Below, in pieces: positions 23,917 to 30,949 of a DNA stretch of 32,000 bases. The notes under the pieces are model-generated. The model saw only the letters and a program-made list of their open reading frames with translations, was not told the origin of the DNA and made no database searches. Position numbers and translations under genes: made by a program. Location of the stretch: positions 1 through 32,000 of the forward strand of contig NZ_CP124549.1 in NCBI RefSeq assembly GCF_030253515.1, written 5' to 3'. The stretch is from Candidatus Nanosynbacter lyticus (GTDB lineage Bacteria; Patescibacteriota; Saccharimonadia; Saccharimonadales; Saccharimonadaceae). The first letter of the stretch is position 1, and each line of letters begins with the position of its first letter.

Positions 23917-24301
23917 GCCGCACTAGCTGGTGCGGAAACACCAGGCGTGATAGCGACCAAACGATGTCGGCTCGCCGGTGAAGTGTCTCGGTAACGCCAT
24001 AGGCCCCGCCAATGATGATGACGATGTGCTGATCGGTATGATCGAGGACGAGCCGCGATAGTTCTGGCGAGCTCAGGTTGCGGCCGCGCTCGTCGAGGAG
24101 GATGACGAAGTCGTGCGGCTTGAGGCGAGACATCAGGCGCTCTGACTCGTCCTGGCGTGCTCTGTCGCCGATTTGGCCGGAATGTGGGATGATGATCATT
24201 TCTGCGGCGAATGGCGCTCTGAGGCGCTCTAAAAAGCGCTTAATGCCTGGTTCCACCCAGGGCTCGTGCCGCTTGCCGATGGTGAGAATAGTAATTTTCA
24301 T
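23849..24301 (-). CDS. rlmH: 23S rRNA (pseudouridine1915-N3)-methyltransferase RlmH (SPOUT)
   Basis: The 150-aa product begins [10 protein letters not shown] and contains IIIGGAYGV. The C-terminal [33 protein letters not shown] is a typical RlmH signature. There is an ATGA overlap with the upstream SGNH gene. Confidence 0.9.
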   Translation of the reverse strand: [150 protein letters not shown]

Positions 24302-25170
24302 GTGCGGGCTTTCGGTGGGGCGTTATTATCATGCAAGATGGCTTCGGCGGTTGCCTTGGCGATTTGGTGATGGATATAAGCGGTCGGATGACCGACGTCA
24401 TCACCCGTGGCTACCACACCAAGACCAAACGTGGCGCAAGCATCAACGTTCTTTGGCGGCTCGACCAAGGTGATCCGCGGTTCATGCATACTGGCCACAA
24501 CGTCGCGGATAGCTTGATTGACCGTCTCGATAAAGCTGGCGACAAAGTGGTCGGTATCGTTATTGATAATCGTTGGACAGATGTCGCGTGGCTGAATGGG
24601 CGTGGTGTAGAGATTGATGTATAGCTGGGCGTTGGGGGCATGTTCAAGAATGGCGCGGTAGGCTTGCTCGAGCGACTGACGATATTCGTCTGAGTACAGT
24701 CGGCGAAAGACATCGATATACATCTCGCTGCGCGTACCACATCGTCCGTGCAGACAGGCGTCGAACACTACGTTGAGATCAACCATATTGGCGCCAAGCG
24801 ACAGTGTGACGATATCGGTTTCGGGGCTAAGGGCGTTGATTTGCGGTGGCTGGTCGTCAAACTGCTGGTTAGAGATATGCTCTGGCCCGGCGCCACGACA
24901 GGCCACGAGGGTGATGTTACCCGAGGGAATGCCGAATGCTTCGAGTCGCCGCGCGTAAGCTTCGGGTGAGCGCCGGCACTCTTTTGTTGTGTCGTCGTAA
25001 CCCCCCAGCCCTGCCCCGCTGGCGACTGAATCACCCATGCCGACGACGTAGGTGTGCTTCGCCTGCTCGGGCGAGATGCTCGGGCGGCTGGACGCTGATA
25101 GCGCTAATGAAGCGAGGGCCGCTATCGTAGCGACCCCCCGTTTGGCTAATGTTTCTAATCTTTCTTTCAT
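24298..25170 (-). CDS. Secreted SGNH/GDSL-family hydrolase (lipase/esterase-like)
   Basis: The ORF track (to 25368) reads through two tRNA genes. I prefer the ATG at 25170 (MKERLETLAKRGVATIAALASLALSA, a signal peptide). The SGNH blocks are I VVGMGDSVASG, II ACRGAG, III SLGANM and V GDDVGHPT. Confidence 0.8.
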   Translation of the reverse strand: MKERLETLAKRGVATIAALASLALSASSRPSISPEQAKHTYVVGMGDSVASGAGLGGYDDTTKECRRSPEAYARRLEAFGIPSGNITLVACRGAGPEHISNQQFDDQPPQINALSPETDIVTLSLGANMVDLNVVFDACLHGRCGTRSEMYIDVFRRLYSDEYRQSLEQAYRAILEHAPNAQLYINLYTTPIQPRDICPTIINNDTDHFVASFIETVNQAIRDVVASMHEPRITLVEPPKNVDACATFGLGVVATGDDVGHPTAYIHHQIAKATAEAILHDNNAPPKART

Positions 25171-25181
25171 GATGTCGTATC

Positions 25182-25271
25182 TGGCGGAAGGGGAGGGATT
25201 CGAACCCTCGGTACGTGTTACCGCACGCCGGTTTTCAAGACCGGTACCTTCAACCACTCGGTCACCCTTCC
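25182..25271 (-). tRNA. tRNA-Ser(UGA): tRNA-Ser (anticodon UGA), CCA encoded
   Basis: The reverse complement is GGAAGGGTGACCGAGTGGTTGAAGGTACCGGTCTTGAAAACCGGCGTGCGGTAACACGTACCGAGGGTTCGAATCCCTCCCCTTCCGCCA. It has a long variable arm. The anticodon stem is CCGGT/ACCGG with loop CTTGAAA. Confidence 0.93.
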
Positions 25272-25294
25272 AATTAATCGTAGCGACTGGATTC

Positions 25295-25382
25295 TGGCGG
25301 AGAGAGAGGGATTCGAACCCTCGATGGGTTGCCCCATACCGCTTTTCGAGAGCGGCCAGTTCAACCACTCCTGCACCTCTCC
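25295..25382 (-). tRNA. tRNA-Ser(CGA): tRNA-Ser (anticodon CGA), CCA encoded
   Basis: The reverse complement is GGAGAGGTGCAGGAGTGGTTGAACTGGCCGCTCTCGAAAAGCGGTATGGGGCAACCCATCGAGGGTTCGAATCCCTCTCTCTCCGCCA. It has a long variable arm. The anticodon stem is CCGCT/AGCGG with loop CTCGAAA. Confidence 0.93.
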
Positions 25383-25391
25383 AAATAAAAA

Positions 25392-25468
25392 TGGTACACC
25401 CGGCACGATTCGAACGTACGACCTTTGGCTCCGCAAGCCAACGCTCTATCCAGCTGAGCTACGGGTGC
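25392..25468 (-). tRNA. tRNA-Arg(GCG): tRNA-Arg (anticodon GCG), CCA encoded
   Basis: The reverse complement is GCACCCGTAGCTCAGCTGGATAGAGCGTTGGCTTGCGGAGCCAAAGGTCGTACGTTCGAATCGTGCCGGGTGTACCA. The anticodon stem is TTGGC/GCCAA with loop TTGCGGA, so positions 34-36 are GCG. The acceptor stem has a G1:U72 wobble. Confidence 0.9.
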
Positions 25469-25545
25469 ATACAGCCTTTCGGAAATCCGATTGGCTATAA
25501 CAAAAATATAAAGAACTTTCAATGCCAGCGGCAATGAACTTTTGT

Positions 25546-25574
25546 ATTCTAGCACACCTGTTAACTCGGGGCAA
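25546..25574 (-). promoter_or_regulatory. Putative promoter of the tRNA cluster (TTGCCC-17-TAGAAT with TG extension)
   Basis: The minus strand reads TTGCCC (25574-25569), a 17-nt spacer ending GTGTGC, then TAGAAT (25551-25546). This lies about 75 nt upstream of tRNA-Arg. Confidence 0.35.
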
Positions 25575-25575
25575 G

Positions 25576-26106
25576 CTATAGCCTGATGATCCGAATGAGC
25601 TTCTCCAGTGCATCTGGCGCGATTTCTTGCATCGGTAGTCGTGCCCCCAGCATGTCGACGATGGTCTCGCCCTCGGCCTCAGAAAAATAGATGGTCAGTG
25701 CCGGTGAGAACCGCTTGACCGGCAGTAAAATTGCCGAGTGCTGATCGCCGTCTTGCCCCAGCCCAAAGGCTCGAAATTCACTAAAATCATACAAGCGGTC
25801 GGCGACGTAAACCCCCTTGGGACTGATGGCGTAATTGACCATCACTGATGGCTTGGATCGAAGTAGTACGAGCGCCACCGCCATAATCGGCAGCAAAATC
25901 GCGAATGTCCAGCTATTAAAAACAAAGATCGCCAGCGCCATCAGGGCAAGCACTACGAAACCAACAGCAATATACCAGCCAGTCGTGCGGTGGGCCTGCA
26001 CGCCCTCAGGAGCTTGCCAGGCGATGGGCTGCGATAAGTCAGTCATCGGCTGGGCCGCGTCTTGTTGGGTGTTTTCGGTGTCGGTTGCGTGTGGCTGCTC
26101 TTCCAT
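25576..26106 (-). CDS. Membrane protein with two TM helices and a PH-like C-terminal domain, unknown function
   Basis: The ORF track start (26169) would overlap the pilin P7 gene, so I prefer the ATG at 26106 (MEEQPHATD). The hydrophobic hairpin is WYIAVGFVVLALMALAIFVF / WTFAILLPIMAVALVLL. It is followed by YAISPKGVYVADRLYDFSEFRAF, a pattern reminiscent of bacterial PH-domain membrane proteins. Confidence 0.6.
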   Translation of the reverse strand: MEEQPHATDTENTQQDAAQPMTDLSQPIAWQAPEGVQAHRTTGWYIAVGFVVLALMALAIFVFNSWTFAILLPIMAVALVLLRSKPSVMVNYAISPKGVYVADRLYDFSEFRAFGLGQDGDQHSAILLPVKRFSPALTIYFSEAEGETIVDMLGARLPMQEIAPDALEKLIRIIRL

Positions 26107-26137
26107 ATGTCTAGTATACCACGAGCGGTATGATCTG

Positions 26138-26545
26138 CTATACGTCGGTAGAATTACCGCCAAGACCAATTACGGTATTGAGGACAAATTGAATGATGGC
26201 GTAAGCAAATAGGGCGACGAGCAGACCAATGACGGCATAGAGAATGGTGTTCTTTGCCGAGGTGACGGCGTCTTTGTTGCCGCTAGAAACAACGTAGCGA
26301 AAACCACCAAAAATCAGCATCACCACAGCGAGGATACCGATAAAATAGAGCATGATGTTGATAATTTTTTTCACCAACGAGCTGTCACCGTTAGTTAAGT
26401 TGGTTGGCACGCCGTCGCCACGCGCATCATTGATGCCACGAGTGACGCCGCCCTCGCCGAGCGCGAACGCTGGAGTGCTCAAAACTACCGTGCCGACACC
26501 GATGGTCAGCATGATGCTAACGATACCTGCGAAAAACCTCTTCAT
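26138..26545 (-). CDS. VirB2/TrbC-like T4SS pilin paralogue P7 (unlinked copy)
   Basis: The preferred start is the ATG at 26545 (MKRFFAGIVSIMLTIGVGTVVLSTPAFA-LG); the ORF track starts at 26623. The core FGGFRYVVSSGNKDAVTSAKNTILYAVIGLLVALFAYAI is closest to P4-P6. Confidence 0.8.
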   Translation of the reverse strand: MKRFFAGIVSIMLTIGVGTVVLSTPAFALGEGGVTRGINDARGDGVPTNLTNGDSSLVKKIINIMLYFIGILAVVMLIFGGFRYVVSSGNKDAVTSAKNTILYAVIGLLVALFAYAIIQFVLNTVIGLGGNSTDV

Positions 26546-26552
26546 GCGCGTT

Positions 26553-26581
26553 ATTATCCTCTCTCTTAGGTTTATTGTCAA
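26553..26581 (-). promoter_or_regulatory. Putative promoter of P7 (TTGACA-17-GATAAT)
   Basis: The minus strand reads a perfect TTGACA (26581-26576), a 17-nt spacer, then GATAAT (26558-26553). Only 7 nt separate the -10 from the ATG, which is leaderless geometry. Confidence 0.5.
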
Positions 26582-26653
26582 GTTTTGCGGCCCGCCTGCT
26601 AGCCGCGGGGCTAGCCAGACCATTGCTTCTATGATACACTATTTTTGGCTCAT

Positions 26654-26746
26654 GGAGGAGTACCCAAGTGGCTGAAGGGGACGGTTTGCTAAATCGTTAG
26701 TACGGGGAGACCTGTAGCGGGAGTTCGAATCTCCCCTCCTCCGCCA
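26654..26746 (+). tRNA. tRNA-Ser(GCU): tRNA-Ser (anticodon GCU), CCA encoded
   Basis: The sequence is GGAGGAGTACCCAAGTGGCTGAAGGGGACGGTTTGCTAAATCGTTAGTACGGGGAGACCTGTAGCGGGAGTTCGAATCTCCCCTCCTCCGCCA. The anticodon loop is TTGCTAA. It has a long variable arm. The T-arm is GGGAG-TTCGAAT-CTCCC. Confidence 0.93.
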
Positions 26747-26865
26747 GAGTTATGCCGCTCCCGTCTCGGTTTATCCGGGACTTATTTTATTGTTTTGTTT
26801 AGTACGCGGAGTGGGTATCGAATAGAATTTTGGGCCGACGGCACCATCTAAATCAGGAAATATTA

Positions 26866-26894
26866 TTGACAAATTAAAAACCTTATGCTATTAT
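26866..26894 (+). promoter_or_regulatory. Near-consensus sigma70-type promoter (TTGACA-17-TATTAT)
   Basis: TTGACA lies at 26866-26871, followed by a 17-nt spacer and TATTAT at 26889-26894. This is 47 nt upstream of the ATG at 26942, in an AT-rich spacer after tRNA-Ser(GCU). Confidence 0.5.
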
Positions 26895-26941
26895 CCTAAC
26901 ATTGCTATGGCCAGATCCATACAGATAAACATAAAAAGAAT

Positions 26942-27295
26942 ATGAAATATTTATCACACATTATTACTACTACCACGATGGCACTGGGCCTGTCGACCAG
27001 CCTCGGCGTGTTTCTACACGATACGAATATTGATAAAGCGATTGTTTCTGCTTGGCAACTCATGAGTGATGCGCGCCAGGTTGATGACGACCATCACAGC
27101 AAGCCGCATTCCTCACCGCACACTCACTCTGACCATCATGATTTTTCAGGGGTGCTAAAGGACGGACAAACTCATCCGCGGACGACGCCGCGCAGCGCTG
27201 ATCGCAAACACCTACACACCAAGCTTGTCAGTCGTGGTGGCGATGGTGACATTGATGGGCATCGACTGATAGTCGATCCGATTAGCGTGAGCTGA
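26942..27295 (+). CDS. Small His-rich hypothetical protein (117 aa)
   Basis: The ORF lies behind a good promoter but has no clear SD. The N-terminus is hydrophobic (ITTTTMALGLSTSLGVFL). 13 His are concentrated in DDDHHSKPHSSPHTHSDHHD. The 3' end overlaps the valS stop by 14 nt (convergent). Coding status is uncertain. Confidence 0.4.
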   Translation: MKYLSHIITTTTMALGLSTSLGVFLHDTNIDKAIVSAWQLMSDARQVDDDHHSKPHSSPHTHSDHHDFSGVLKDGQTHPRTTPRSADRKHLHTKLVSRGGDGDIDGHRLIVDPISVS

Positions 27296-29837
27296 TGACT
27301 TCGAGCTCGCCGATGAAGCGCTGGATGAGCTTTTCTTGCTCGGCCAGCTGCTGGCGAGTTTCCTCGACGAGATGGGCTGGCGCCTTTTCAACATAAGTTG
27401 GATTATCCAGCCGTGCTTGGAGGCTTGACAGGGTTCGCCGCGCTTCACTTAGCCGCACTTCCAGATCGGTCTGGTGCTGATAGAGTGTCTCCTCGTCAAT
27501 ATCCAACCACGCTTCCCTGTTTGCCGCCGCCAACCTAAGGCCTCGCGGTTGATCGGTGTGTGCAATTGACTCCAGGCGCATGAGGTGTTTGATGGTGTCT
27601 TGATTATCGGCGATGAGGCTGTCATTACCGTATAACAAGCGGTATTTTTTATTGCCCGGCAACTCAGCGATTACCCAGCGGCCTTCCGCGACCAGTGTTT
27701 TCAGCTGTTCAAACTGCTCGGCGGCGATGGGGTCAAACTTTTCTGGGGTTGGCCAGTGGTCGCGCATCAAGATACCGTCGGTGTAATTAAGCGTCTGCCA
27801 AATCGTCTCGGTGACGAATGGCGCGAACGGATGAGCGATTTTCAGGCTGGTCGCCAGCGCCCATGACAGTAATGGGCGATTGATAGCGGTTTTCGACGAT
27901 TCGATGTACCAATCAGCTAGGTCGTCCCAAATAGCGTGATAAACCGTGTCTGCAGCTTCAGAAAAGCGGTACTGCTCCAGACGGACGGCGACATTGTTGG
28001 CGGCGTCGTTCAGCTGGCGGATAATCCAGTGGTCGGCCGGCGTCTGCGGCTCCAGGTCAACGATTTGGTGTTCATCGCCGATTTGCGCCTCGACGAAACG
28101 AGCGATATTCCACAGCTTATTACAGAAGTTGCGAGCAGCGATGACCGCGCCCTTGTTAAAGGCTTGGTGCTGGGCTGGCGCGCGGCCAGCGATGATGCCC
28201 ATGCGAGTGGCGTCCGAGCCAAATTCTGAGACTAATTCCATTGGGTTGATGACATTACCCTTGGATTTGGACATTTTTTGATTATGTTCGTCGTTGACCA
28301 TACCGTGCAGATAAACATCCTTGAACGGTAGTTTGCCGGTGCGGTACAGGCTAAGCATAATCATGCGTGCTACCCACGCCCGCATAATGTCCATACCAGT
28401 TTCCATCAGGCTGGTTGGGAAATACTTGGCCAGTTCCCCGCCGTTTAGGTAATCGGTAACGATGTACGGCCACTGTCCAGACGAGAACCAGGTGTCAAAG
28501 GTGTCTTCTTCTCTGATATATGTTGTGCCATTTACAACTATCTTTCGTTCGTCAGTGCGGATGTTGAATATCCAATCGCGCGGGTCGCTTTCATTGACGA
28601 ATGCGGGAATCGGGATTCCCCACGGGATTTGCCGAGAGATATTCCAATCTTTCAGCTGCTTGAGATAAGCGATGAGCTCTTTGCGCTTGGCGGCCGGATA
28701 AAAGGTAATCTCTTCCCTTTCTAAGGCTTCGATGGCTGGCTGAGCTAGCGGCTGCATTTTAATAAACCACTGCTCTTTAACCATCGGCTCAATGACGCTG
28801 CCGCATTTGTAACAATGTCCGACGGCATGTTCAATGTCTGTTTCGCCGCGGCGCAGCTCTAGCGATTCCAAGGCCGCCAACACGCGAGTGCGGGCTTCTG
28901 CCGGCGTCAGGCCTAGGAATTGCGGCGGTACGTTGACCATCTTGCCTTCTTGGCTAATGATTTGTTTGAGCGGCAGATGGTGGCGCTCGGCCATTTCGAA
29001 GTCGTTTGGGTCGTGCGCCGGCGTAATTTTCACCGCGCCAGTACCGTAGTTCATGTCGACGTACTCGTCGGCGATAATCGGGATTTCCTCGTCGGTGATT
29101 GGCAATAAAATTCGCGTGCCGATGAGGTGTTTGTAACGCTCGTCATCCGGGTGAACAGCTACTGCCACGTCGCCCAGCATAGTCTCCGGCCGCGTGGTGG
29201 CGATGACGATTTCGCCGATTTTATCCAGCGTCGGGTAAGCGATTTGCCACAGCTTCCCTTTTTCATTTTTATGTTCAACCTCGATGTCGGCGAAGCTGGT
29301 TTGGTGTTTGGTACAATAATTGACAATCCGCTCACCGCGGTAAACTAGCCCGTCATCCCACATTTTTTTGAACGTCTCATACACGGTGGCGATGACTTTA
29401 TCGTCCAGCGTAAAGGTCAAATGCTGCCAAGAAGCGCTGACGCCCAGAGCGCGCAGCTGCAACTCCATGTTGCCGCGTTTTTCTTCAACAAATTGCCAAA
29501 CCTGGTCATACAGCTGTTCACGTGAAAAGTCAAAGCGGCTTTTTCCCTGTTTTGCTAGTTCTTTTTCATAAACCACCCAGGTCTCGAAGCCAGCATGATC
29601 TGCCCCAGGAATAAATACTGCATCATCGCCCTTCATGCGGTGATAGCGAATCATAATATCCTTCAAATTCATGTCCAGGGCATGGCCAATGTGCAAGTTA
29701 CCATTGGCGTTGGGCGGCGGCATGACGATGGAATATGGTTTACCGGTGCCGGTCGGCTCTAATGCGCCGCTGGTTTCCCACATGGCGTAAATGTTTGGTT
29801 CGTAATCGTTTGGGGTGTATTGTTTGGCTAGTTGCAT
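27282..29837 (-). CDS. valS: Valine--tRNA ligase
   Basis: The 851-aa product has the class I HIGH motif (PPPNANGNLHIGHAL) and the KMSKS motif (QKMSKSKGN). It has a ValRS-type editing/CP1 region and a C-terminal coiled coil. Confidence 0.97.
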   Translation of the reverse strand: MQLAKQYTPNDYEPNIYAMWETSGALEPTGTGKPYSIVMPPPNANGNLHIGHALDMNLKDIMIRYHRMKGDDAVFIPGADHAGFETWVVYEKELAKQGKSRFDFSREQLYDQVWQFVEEKRGNMELQLRALGVSASWQHLTFTLDDKVIATVYETFKKMWDDGLVYRGERIVNYCTKHQTSFADIEVEHKNEKGKLWQIAYPTLDKIGEIVIATTRPETMLGDVAVAVHPDDERYKHLIGTRILLPITDEEIPIIADEYVDMNYGTGAVKITPAHDPNDFEMAERHHLPLKQIISQEGKMVNVPPQFLGLTPAEARTRVLAALESLELRRGETDIEHAVGHCYKCGSVIEPMVKEQWFIKMQPLAQPAIEALEREEITFYPAAKRKELIAYLKQLKDWNISRQIPWGIPIPAFVNESDPRDWIFNIRTDERKIVVNGTTYIREEDTFDTWFSSGQWPYIVTDYLNGGELAKYFPTSLMETGMDIMRAWVARMIMLSLYRTGKLPFKDVYLHGMVNDEHNQKMSKSKGNVINPMELVSEFGSDATRMGIIAGRAPAQHQAFNKGAVIAARNFCNKLWNIARFVEAQIGDEHQIVDLEPQTPADHWIIRQLNDAANNVAVRLEQYRFSEAADTVYHAIWDDLADWYIESSKTAINRPLLSWALATSLKIAHPFAPFVTETIWQTLNYTDGILMRDHWPTPEKFDPIAAEQFEQLKTLVAEGRWVIAELPGNKKYRLLYGNDSLIADNQDTIKHLMRLESIAHTDQPRGLRLAAANREAWLDIDEETLYQHQTDLEVRLSEARRTLSSLQARLDNPTYVEKAPAHLVEETRQQLAEQEKLIQRFIGELEVISSR

Positions 29838-29849
29838 GAATAATTCCTA

Positions 29850-29901
29850 CTTTTCACGTGAAAAGCGAGCATCGCCACTGTCAAGATTTTTCACGTGAAA
29901 A
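29850..29901. promoter_or_regulatory. Two copies of a perfect palindrome TTTTCACGTGAAAA upstream of valS (candidate operator pair or RNA element)
   Basis: Copy 1 is cTTTTCACGTGAAAAg at 29850-29865 (16-bp perfect palindrome). Copy 2 is TTTTCACGTGAAAA at 29888-29901. The centres are 37 bp apart. Copy 1 ends 12 nt upstream of the valS ATG, abutting the AGGA SD. Confidence 0.5.
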
Positions 29902-29952
29902 CTCGGACAATAGGCGTAAATAGTCTTTCCACGCGGTTATATTACCAAGCCA

Positions 29953-29963
29953 ATTATACCACA
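29953..29963 (-). promoter_or_regulatory. Putative extended -10 promoter for valS (TGTGGTATAAT)
   Basis: The minus strand reads TGTGGTATAAT, i.e. TGnTATAAT. This would give a leader of about 110 nt containing both palindromes. The -35 (TTTTGC) is poor. Confidence 0.4.
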
Positions 29964-30007
29964 GAAAAAGGGGCGGCAAAACCGCGGACGATGCCTGGCT
30001 GGGGGTG

Positions 30008-30931
30008 TTAACGCAGCGCTTGGTAGGCGCGGTACAGCCAGTAGCGGCTGCGCTGTAATGGCAAATCCCAAGCCCCAGCAAAAGTAACGTCGTGCCCGCC
30101 AAATGAGCGTTTGAACTTGGTGAAGCCGGCCCAAGGATGGTTCTTGTCGGCACCGTCGGGGGCGATGCCGTAGAGGTCAGCTTTGGCTAATCCGCGCTGC
30201 TGAGCGTCAATGATCGCCTCGGCCAGTAGGGCAGTGCTGGCATTAAGTTTGCGGTGAGCTGGATCTGATGAGGCACCAGCGTGGGCGTAATATAGTGTGT
30301 TGCTGCTGTGATAAAACAAGGCGGCGGCGATAGGCTGATTATCAAGCGCGGCGTAATACAGTGTGGCCGCGCCAAGAGGGAAGAGGGTAGCGGCTTGCTG
30401 GCGGAAATAACTATCAGAGTGCGGCGTAATGCCACGGTGCCGAGCGACTTGGTGGACGAATTTCAGTAAGATATCAATGTCATGCGGGTCGGTCGAGCGG
30501 TGGACAGAGACGCCTTTTTTATGATAATTGCGGTACACATTACGAACCGGCTGCGCCATATAGGCGATCAGCTGGTCTTGCGGCTGGGTCAGGTCGATGA
30601 CGTGCGAATGCTCGGGCTGGAGCTTTTGGTAGGTGACCTTTTTCCAGTCGTGAGATTTGAGATGCGTGGTAAAGTTAGGGTTGGTTGGCTCAACGCGCAG
30701 GAAAGTGACATGATGTTTTTTGCCAAGCTGAGCTAGAGAGTCAAGAGCTGCTGCTAGCGAATGTTCGTCATCGGCAGTCGGGCCGTACGGGCAGTACAGA
30801 CGGGAATTACCGGTGCTGCGCTCCAGGATAGCCAAGTATTCCCAGCCCGGGCCGCTATCGCGAAAGGCGGTGCGCCCGAGTGATTCTTGAAAGGCTTGCC
30901 AGGCGGTTGATTGTAAAAAATGTTGATTCAT
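30008..30931 (-). CDS. FemAB-family peptidoglycan interpeptide-bridge aminoacyltransferase-like protein
   Basis: GAGGA lies 7 nt upstream of the ATG. The 307-aa product begins MNQHFLQSTAWQAFQ. Later motifs (LRVEP...KVRNVYRNYHKKG-like region, LYYAHAGAS...KLNASTALLAEAI, FKRSFGG) match FemX/FemAB-type proteins as I remember them. Confidence 0.78.
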   Translation of the reverse strand: MNQHFLQSTAWQAFQESLGRTAFRDSGPGWEYLAILERSTGNSRLYCPYGPTADDEHSLAAALDSLAQLGKKHHVTFLRVEPTNPNFTTHLKSHDWKKVTYQKLQPEHSHVIDLTQPQDQLIAYMAQPVRNVYRNYHKKGVSVHRSTDPHDIDILLKFVHQVARHRGITPHSDSYFRQQAATLFPLGAATLYYAALDNQPIAAALFYHSSNTLYYAHAGASSDPAHRKLNASTALLAEAIIDAQQRGLAKADLYGIAPDGADKNHPWAGFTKFKRSFGGHDVTFAGAWDLPLQRSRYWLYRAYQALR

Positions 30932-30949
30932 GTTGTAATCCTCACAACG

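Noticed and set aside
25171-25368. N-terminal extension of ORF 24298..25368 (66 extra codons)
   Set aside because: It reads straight through tRNA-Ser(UGA) and tRNA-Ser(CGA). The internal ATG at 25170 gives a proper signal peptide, so the extension is an ORF-finder artefact.
25052-25555. ORFs 25052..25537 (+), 25218..25436 (-) and 25361..25555 (-)
   Set aside because: They are composed almost entirely of tRNA gene sequence or of antisense to the SGNH gene start. They have no SD and no recognisable motifs.
26598-26615. GC-rich hairpin GCTAGCC-GCGG-GGCTAGC between the divergent P7 and tRNA-Ser(GCU)
   Set aside because: It is a real 7-bp inverted repeat, but there is no adjacent T-tract on either strand and no second copy. 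Its function cannot be determined from sequence.
29963-29985. Possible terminator after the FemAB-family gene (GCGG-TTTTG-CCGC followed by CCCTTTTTCT on the minus strand)
   Set aside because: The stem is only 4 bp and it overlaps the putative valS promoter. This is too weak to call.
29838-30007. T-box riboswitch upstream of valS
   Set aside because: Only an ACCGCG fragment of the T-box consensus is present (minus strand, near 29929-29934). I saw no specifier-loop architecture or GC-rich terminator/antiterminator pair, and the spacer is only 170 nt.
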